From positions 1,089 through 65,088 of the forward strand of contig CAZUVH010000002.1 in the NCBI GenBank assembly GCA_964623775.1: a stretch of DNA of 64,000 bases, written 5' to 3'. Under the pieces are notes generated by a model, which ran no database searches, was not told the origin of the DNA, and saw only the letters and a list, made by a program, of their open reading frames with translations. Each line of letters opens with the position of its first letter. Within the stretch, counting starts at the first letter, position 1. Made by a program: the position numbers and the translations under genes. Origin of the DNA: an uncultured Candidatus Saccharibacteria bacterium. Its GTDB lineage: Bacteria; Patescibacteriota; Minisyncoccia; Phycocordibacterales; UBA2100. This document shows, one piece after another, positions 58,766 to 64,000 of the stretch.

Positions 58766-59699
58766 ATATTGTTACTCCGACCTTCGTGCGGACGTCTTTC
58801 ATTTTGAGCTCTGCAATTGCACGAGCCTTTTCGCTCCCCGCCCTCAATATCTGTTCAACGTCTCCATCAGTGATACTCGCTCGCCTCTCACGCATCGGGG
58901 CTACTACAGCTTCGATATCCGCGATGAGCGCCTCTTTGCTCGCCTTGAAATTGCCCTTATTCGCAGTGTAAATCGGCGAGAGTTCCTCGCGGGATTTAAA
59001 AAGGAGGTGCATGTTGTACACATTCTCCGGGCTCTCGCCGGTTGAATTGGTGACGATACTCATCACCGCTTTTGCGATTTCATCTTTGCTACCAAAAAGC
59101 GGGATGGTGTTGCCATAGCTCTTGCTCATCTTCTTGCCATCGGTACCAGGTACGATTGCGACACTCTTCAGGATCGCCTCTTTAGGCTCCTTGAACGTCA
59201 CGCCGTATGCATTATTGAATTTTGCGGCCGCCTCACGTGCGTATTCGAGGTGCTGACGCTGATCCTCTCCGACTGGCACCACCTCTGTGTCGTAAAGTAA
59301 TATGTCTGCCGCCATAAGCATTGGGTAATTGAAAAGCCCGGCATTTGCTTCCATACCTTTCGCCACCTTGTCCTTATACGCATGCGCGAGCTCGAGGAAC
59401 GGTACGGTGACGAGACATTCAAACATCCACGCAAGCTCCGTGTGCTCGGGAATGCGCGACTGCTGGAAAATCACGGCCTTTTTAGGATCGACTCCAGCGG
59501 CTACGTAATCGCGGACGATGTCGCGGATGTATCCGCGCAACTGCTCGGGATTCTTGAGCGAGGTGAGCGCATGATAATCCGCCACCATGAGGAAGCTCTC
59601 GTACTTGTCGTACATATCGACAAACGGCTTGAGCGCGCCAAAATAGTTGCCAATGTGCAGCGCGCCCGAGGGCTGTAATCCTGTGAGAAGCCGAGCCAT
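58764..59699 (-). CDS. trpS: Tryptophanyl-tRNA synthetase
   Basis: TGLQPSG.LHIGNY, YPMLMAADILLY, GEDQRQH and KMSKS. Confidence 0.97.
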   Translation of the reverse strand: MARLLTGLQPSGALHIGNYFGALKPFVDMYDKYESFLMVADYHALTSLKNPEQLRGYIRDIVRDYVAAGVDPKKAVIFQQSRIPEHTELAWMFECLVTVPFLELAHAYKDKVAKGMEANAGLFNYPMLMAADILLYDTEVVPVGEDQRQHLEYAREAAAKFNNAYGVTFKEPKEAILKSVAIVPGTDGKKMSKSYGNTIPLFGSKDEIAKAVMSIVTNSTGESPENVYNMHLLFKSREELSPIYTANKGNFKASKEALIADIEAVVAPMRERRASITDGDVEQILRAGSEKARAIAELKMKDVRTKVGVTI

Positions 59700-59757
59700 G
59701 ATTTGCTGATTGTACCAAAATAAAACCGCCTCGCGAACATCGCGAGGCGGTAAAATC

Positions 59758-60387
59758 TTACAAGGCTACTTCGTCAACGCCGGATTTCGCAGGTGTTGCC
59801 GTCTTCGGAAGATACTGCTTCCAGCCGCCCTTCAAAGTGGCATGCAGCCGGAAACGTGTGCCGAGATCGAACATCTCATTTATCTCGGAAACAGCACGTG
59901 CGCCGTCAGGTGTTCCCACCGCACTCTGGACATACACTCCAAGACGTCTCATCGCCGCGTAATATACCTCGGCAATCGTCTGCGGATCGCTGCCGCTGCG
60001 CAAGATTCCCGACGCGAATCGATGAAGCTGAAGAACATCGTGACCAAAACCATCCTCAAAAGCCCTTCGTATTCGACGATATCGAATCTGCTCGGGCGTC
60101 GCGGCCAGCACAATCAGTGCATATCCTACGAGTGTGATGATAAGAGTCGCCCACGGTTCTCCACCTTCACGCGCGTACTCGAGGGAGACAAATGTGGCAC
60201 AGAGAGGAGTTAGAACAGCCAGCGCGATTAGCGGTGCCATACAGGATTCGCCCAAGAAGGCAACTTGACGCGCCTCATGAACGGGATCACCTCCGACAGT
60301 CTTCATCCACCCTGACTTGAGCTTGTGAGGGATGAGGCCGTTGCGTTCCAAAAACAAGACTTCCTTGGCAGAAAACGAGTTTGCCAT
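59758..60387 (-). CDS. 2-TM membrane hypothetical protein (orphan cassette with long leader)
   Basis: GGAG SD before ATG 60387; TTTACG-16-TAGGAT at 60550-60523; terminator at 59724-59751. Confidence 0.7.
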   Translation of the reverse strand: MANSFSAKEVLFLERNGLIPHKLKSGWMKTVGGDPVHEARQVAFLGESCMAPLIALAVLTPLCATFVSLEYAREGGEPWATLIITLVGYALIVLAATPEQIRYRRIRRAFEDGFGHDVLQLHRFASGILRSGSDPQTIAEVYYAAMRRLGVYVQSAVGTPDGARAVSEINEMFDLGTRFRLHATLKGGWKQYLPKTATPAKSGVDEVAL

Positions 60388-60585
60388 TGTAGTTACTCCG
60401 ACCTCGTATATCGTCCGAAGCGGACAAGCGCAGGGGGCTTCCGGCCCGTCCCGAGATGACAACTGGTCACTCGGAGATACTCCTGCACCCTTTCCTCCCG
60501 AGGCTCAAAGAGGACTGGCAGCATCCTACAATAAATTACTATAACGTAAAGACCCGTCCCACTCACGTGGAAACGGGTCATTTGA

Positions 60586-60792
60586 TCAAGAAGGTCTGGG
60601 TCGCGGAGGCCAATTGCCGGCGTCCTTGGCTCTCATCTTGGCTGCATCGATCCTGTCGGCGAGGTTGTCTCTCATGCGATCATATGCCGCGTCAGCGGTC
60701 TTTTCATATGCCTCCGCCTCGGTCGCGCCAGGGTTCTTTTTGAGATATTCAGCGATCAGCTCCTCATGAGCTGCCATAAATAGGTCCTTCAT
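60586..60792 (-). CDS. 68-aa helical hypothetical protein (orphan cassette)
   Basis: AGGAGG SD; TTGACG-17-TAATGT at 60849-60821; terminator at 60548-60579. Confidence 0.75.
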   Translation of the reverse strand: MKDLFMAAHEELIAEYLKKNPGATEAEAYEKTADAAYDRMRDNLADRIDAAKMRAKDAGNWPPRPRPS

Positions 60793-60845
60793 TCCCGTCC
60801 TCCTGACTAAAACCAGGAGGACATTACAACATAAAACGCGTCTCG

Positions 60846-62426
60846 TCAAACTATGGGAAATTCGAGAATAAATCGGGAGCCCTTGTCTCTCCCATCGCTT
60901 TCAGCCCAGATGCGGCCGCCCATCGCCTCGGTAATATTCTTTGCGAGATAGAGTCCGATACCCGTGCCGAGGATGTTGACCTTCTGCGCATCGGCGCGCG
61001 AGAATTTTCGGAAAAGATGCGGGATGGTCTCGGGGGGAATCCCTACACCCGTGTCGGCTATCGTGACACGCGCATGCACTCCGTGTCTGTGCGTGGAGAC
61101 GGTAATGGATCCGTGTGGGGTGTACTTGAGAGAATTGTCGATGATATTGCCCACCACTTCCTTCACGCGCGCCACATCCGCCTTGATCTTCAAATGCTCA
61201 TTCGCATCGACATCGCATATGAGTTTCAACCCTTTTTGGTCTGTATGCGGTCGATATCCTTCGACTACGGTACAGACGGCTTCGCCAAGTTCAAATTCCG
61301 TTATCGTGTATGACATCATGCCGAGCTCGAGCTTTGATTTATTGAGGTATTCAGAGATGAGGAGCAGTACTTCATTGCCGAGGACGAGGATTTTCTGCGC
61401 GGTGTCTTTGACGGGTGGAGGGACATCTCCGAGCGTCCCGTCGGTAATAAGAGATGCATAGCCGCGCATCGCCGTAAGTGGATTCCTGATCTCATGCGAG
61501 GCAAAGGTCATAAATTCCGATTTTTCCGCGCTCAATTTTTCGATCTCCTCGCGTTGCGCCACCTCTCGCTGCACGCTTTTCACGAGGAAATAGCCAAAAA
61601 CAACGACGAACGAGAGAAGGAGGAAGTCTACGATGCGGGCATCAGTCGATGTTTCCCCAAAAATGCGCGCAAAAAGCACGAGGCAGATCGTGAGTGTAAG
61701 CGTCTGCGCCAACAGTACCTTAATTTCGAAGAGCTGATATTTTGTGATCGCATACGCGGTCATACCAAGAAATGCGAGCGTGTAGAGCGGGGCAAGCCAT
61801 ATGGCTGGTGAGGCGTTGAAGAAAGCAATGGGAATCATGATTGTTGCAATAATTGAGATGAGCATTATGCATATGCCGATCAAGACCAGTTGAAATTGTT
61901 TCCGAGCGACCCCGGTTGATATAAGGTATTTCTTAACAAGAAAATACACTGCAAGAACGCTGAAGATTGTCGAGGCGACGGAAAACGGCAGCATTCCTAT
62001 GCCCGCTTGAAGCCGCATGACGCCGTCGATTACCGTAACTCCCACAAATGCGTAGGGTGAAATATTGATAAGCATTATGGTCGCCGTTAGGCCGATTAAG
62101 GCATAGAGGTATCGGCGATTTATTTTCATTTCGTCAGAAGGCATGTTGTAACCGAGCAAGAAAAACAAAAAGGCCTGTGGTGCCGCAAAAAATATACCGA
62201 GACGGTGAATCGGCAACCACTCCTGAAATGCTGGCAGGCCGGCAACATACGTGTCGACGACCCAAAGCATAGTGAAGATAGAGAGGAGTGAAAAGATTCT
62301 GTTGGTGGCACTCTTTGGGTTGCTGCGATATACCGCGATCGCAAGGAATATATCAATCGCGATCGCGATGACAAAAATAACAAGCTCAAGCGACGGGCTA
62401 TAGAATTCTGCAATGAGAGGTGTCAT
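60846..62426 (-). CDS. Sensor histidine kinase with N-terminal multi-TM (7TM-type) domain
   Basis: ASHEIRNPL H-box, NIIDNSLKY, DTGVG, F.KF and GTGIGL; about 7-8 TMs. Confidence 0.92.
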   Translation of the reverse strand: MTPLIAEFYSPSLELVIFVIAIAIDIFLAIAVYRSNPKSATNRIFSLLSIFTMLWVVDTYVAGLPAFQEWLPIHRLGIFFAAPQAFLFFLLGYNMPSDEMKINRRYLYALIGLTATIMLINISPYAFVGVTVIDGVMRLQAGIGMLPFSVASTIFSVLAVYFLVKKYLISTGVARKQFQLVLIGICIMLISIIATIMIPIAFFNASPAIWLAPLYTLAFLGMTAYAITKYQLFEIKVLLAQTLTLTICLVLFARIFGETSTDARIVDFLLLSFVVVFGYFLVKSVQREVAQREEIEKLSAEKSEFMTFASHEIRNPLTAMRGYASLITDGTLGDVPPPVKDTAQKILVLGNEVLLLISEYLNKSKLELGMMSYTITEFELGEAVCTVVEGYRPHTDQKGLKLICDVDANEHLKIKADVARVKEVVGNIIDNSLKYTPHGSITVSTHRHGVHARVTIADTGVGIPPETIPHLFRKFSRADAQKVNILGTGIGLYLAKNITEAMGGRIWAESDGRDKGSRFILEFPIV

Positions 62427-63490
62427 GAGGCGTCTTTGTATTCAACAATAGGAGGCAATTTGTGCGAAGAAGCGGTTGGCTTGGGACCGCGGCCTATCCT
62501 GAAGACCATTGCAATATGCTGTTCTTCGCGACGAATCGTGAAAGCGCGCATCATTATGGCGTACGCACTTCGTATCAAAGTGCGGTGCTCTTCGGTAAAC
62601 ATTTCCGACCCCCCTGCCTCAATGCGATCTCTCAAATACGGTATGGCGGTGATTGGTTGCATCGAGAGTCCGTTGGTGGTGGCCGTGAGCCACACGCGCT
62701 GAAGGACTCTGCCCGCGTCCATATACGCCCGATCAGCGTCTGATTCGATGATCAGGGCTCCGATTGCAGAGGATGATTCATAGAGAGCGGCACTTTGTTT
62801 GGCGATCGATTTTGAAAACCCGATCAAATTGAGCACCCTCAGGGCCGACCAATTCGAAACGATGTATTTGAGAATGAGGCGTACAGGCGGCGGGAATTCC
62901 ATTGTTTTGATAAAGAGACCGGGCGATCTCTGTTCATCGCGGATGGACCAGCGAATCATACTGAAAAGAAAATCATGAAGTCCCCGATTCTCCATGAGGA
63001 CGCGCTCGTTTGTGGAGACGGCCCCTGCGAGCGCTCTAATTACATCTCTGTCCTCCACGAGGGTGAGCGAGACGTTTGCGTGTCCTACCGCCTCCTGAAG
63101 AGTGTTTAGGTCGCGAGGTCCCAGCGGAGATCTGTCATACGGCTTGCGATTACATGATCTGACCCGAATGGACTTGTAGAGCGGGTGCTCATTTTTGGTA
63201 CCCTGTCGCAGATCGATTCGTGCAGTGCAGAGTGCTGGCCCCGGAAAATAGAATACCGAGGTGTCAAAACCCTCTTCAGAGGCAGCGATCACGATGTTTT
63301 CAACAAGCGCACCGTGACCCACATACGAGCCGCGTTGACGGAAGTTGTAGAGCGTCGCATCACGATCAGGTATGTTGTAGATAAAAATCGCGTCATTTTC
63401 GTACACAAATCGCCATGGCTGAGCATTGTCTCCCGAGGGGGCATACACCGCCGTCTCAAGGATTCGCTGTATAACCGCCCTTTGAACCAT
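62423..63490 (-). CDS. Nitroreductase-fold (Acg/Rv3131-like) FMN protein
   Basis: APSGDNAQPW, R.CNRKPY, GRVLQRVWLTAT..GL..QP and FRIG; stop overlaps the kinase ATG. Confidence 0.85.
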   Translation of the reverse strand: MVQRAVIQRILETAVYAPSGDNAQPWRFVYENDAIFIYNIPDRDATLYNFRQRGSYVGHGALVENIVIAASEEGFDTSVFYFPGPALCTARIDLRQGTKNEHPLYKSIRVRSCNRKPYDRSPLGPRDLNTLQEAVGHANVSLTLVEDRDVIRALAGAVSTNERVLMENRGLHDFLFSMIRWSIRDEQRSPGLFIKTMEFPPPVRLILKYIVSNWSALRVLNLIGFSKSIAKQSAALYESSSAIGALIIESDADRAYMDAGRVLQRVWLTATTNGLSMQPITAIPYLRDRIEAGGSEMFTEEHRTLIRSAYAIMMRAFTIRREEQHIAMVFRIGRGPKPTASSHKLPPIVEYKDAS

Positions 63491-63567
63491 GCTGTCTAGT
63501 ATAATATGACTCGTGGCAGACAATTATGGCCAATTCTAACAATAAGAAGCAGGATAAGCTTGAGACG

Positions 63568-64000
63568 ATGCCCCATTCTCCCGGGGCGCATACTGATGAG
63601 CGAGCGTTTAAAGTCGCCCTTGATTTATTTCACAACGCCGCGCGGCGTGTCCCCGCATATGCGGATTTTCTCAAAAAAAACGGTGTTGATCCAAAAAAGA
63701 TCCGTGACTGCGCCGACTTCGCACACATACCGCTCACCAATAAGCAATATTTTTCTGACTACAGCCTCAAAGAGCTCAATTGGGACGGCGTGCTCGACAA
63801 TTCGCTCTACGTATCGACGAGCTCCGGCTCAACCGGCGTACCTTTTTTCTGGCCGCGCGGACGAGAGCAAGACATCGCATCGGGAACCATTTTCAAGCAT
63901 ATTTACGAAGATATTTTTGAGTCGAAAAAGGGGTCCACGCTTGTGATCAATTCTTTCGCGCTCGGTACGTGGATCGCGGGATTTGAATTCTATAATGCTG
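63568..64000 (+). CDS. Phenylacetate-CoA ligase (PaaK)-family adenylating enzyme, 3' partial
   Basis: Hand translation gives AARRVPAYADFL...IPLTNK...STSSGSTGVPFFWPR...FALGTWIAG; absent from the ORF track because it runs off the window. Confidence 0.8.
   Translation, partial: MPHSPGAHTDERAFKVALDLFHNAARRVPAYADFLKKNGVDPKKIRDCADFAHIPLTNKQYFSDYSLKELNWDGVLDNSLYVSTSSGSTGVPFFWPRGREQDIASGTIFKHIYEDIFESKKGSTLVINSFALGTWIAGFEFYNA

Noticed and set aside
60440-60500. yybP-ykoY riboswitch or RNase P-like motifs (GGAGTA, GTCATC, GAGGAAAG)
   Set aside because: Partner motifs (GAGACC; GUCC and the rest of RNase P) are absent; kept only as an unknown structured leader.
63506-63946. 146-aa ORF in the track
   Set aside because: Wrong frame; the overlapping frame from ATG 63568 gives clear PaaK-family motifs.

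Overview
Chromosomal segment of a small-genome bacterium, inferred to be Patescibacteria/CPR, probably Parcubacteria (short ATPase delta/epsilon, archaeal-type AspRS, domain-inserted LeuRS, L9 present, standard genetic code). It holds the F1Fo ATP synthase operon, ychF, five aminoacyl-tRNA synthetases, rplI, rpmA, murG/ftsW/mraY and scpAB. Core genes run mostly + before about 40 kb and mostly - after about 43.7 kb, with a dif-like 11-6-11 palindrome in the gap, which suggests the replication terminus. I found no tRNA, rRNA, CRISPR array, integrase or transposase. The main pattern is a two-tier architecture. Most core genes appear leaderless, with a TANNNT box 6-8 nt before the start and no SD. 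About 20 orphan genes sit between them as self-contained cassettes with an SD, an intrinsic terminator and often a -35/-10 promoter. Two cassettes are flanked by direct repeats of the 3' ends of atpB (117 bp) and ychF (82 bp), and the copies differ only at synonymous sites. This suggests integrase-free uptake of single genes from related strains. Other notable items: in-frame palindromic 15-mer modules inside atpA and atpG, inverted heptamer arrays, a dispersed hairpin repeat with covariation, a MITE-like element, an HTH-sigma4 fusion, two small hydrophobic peptides, and a nitroreductase/7TM-kinase/PaaK-like locus at the right edge. Product calls come from motif recognition by eye; no database searches were run.
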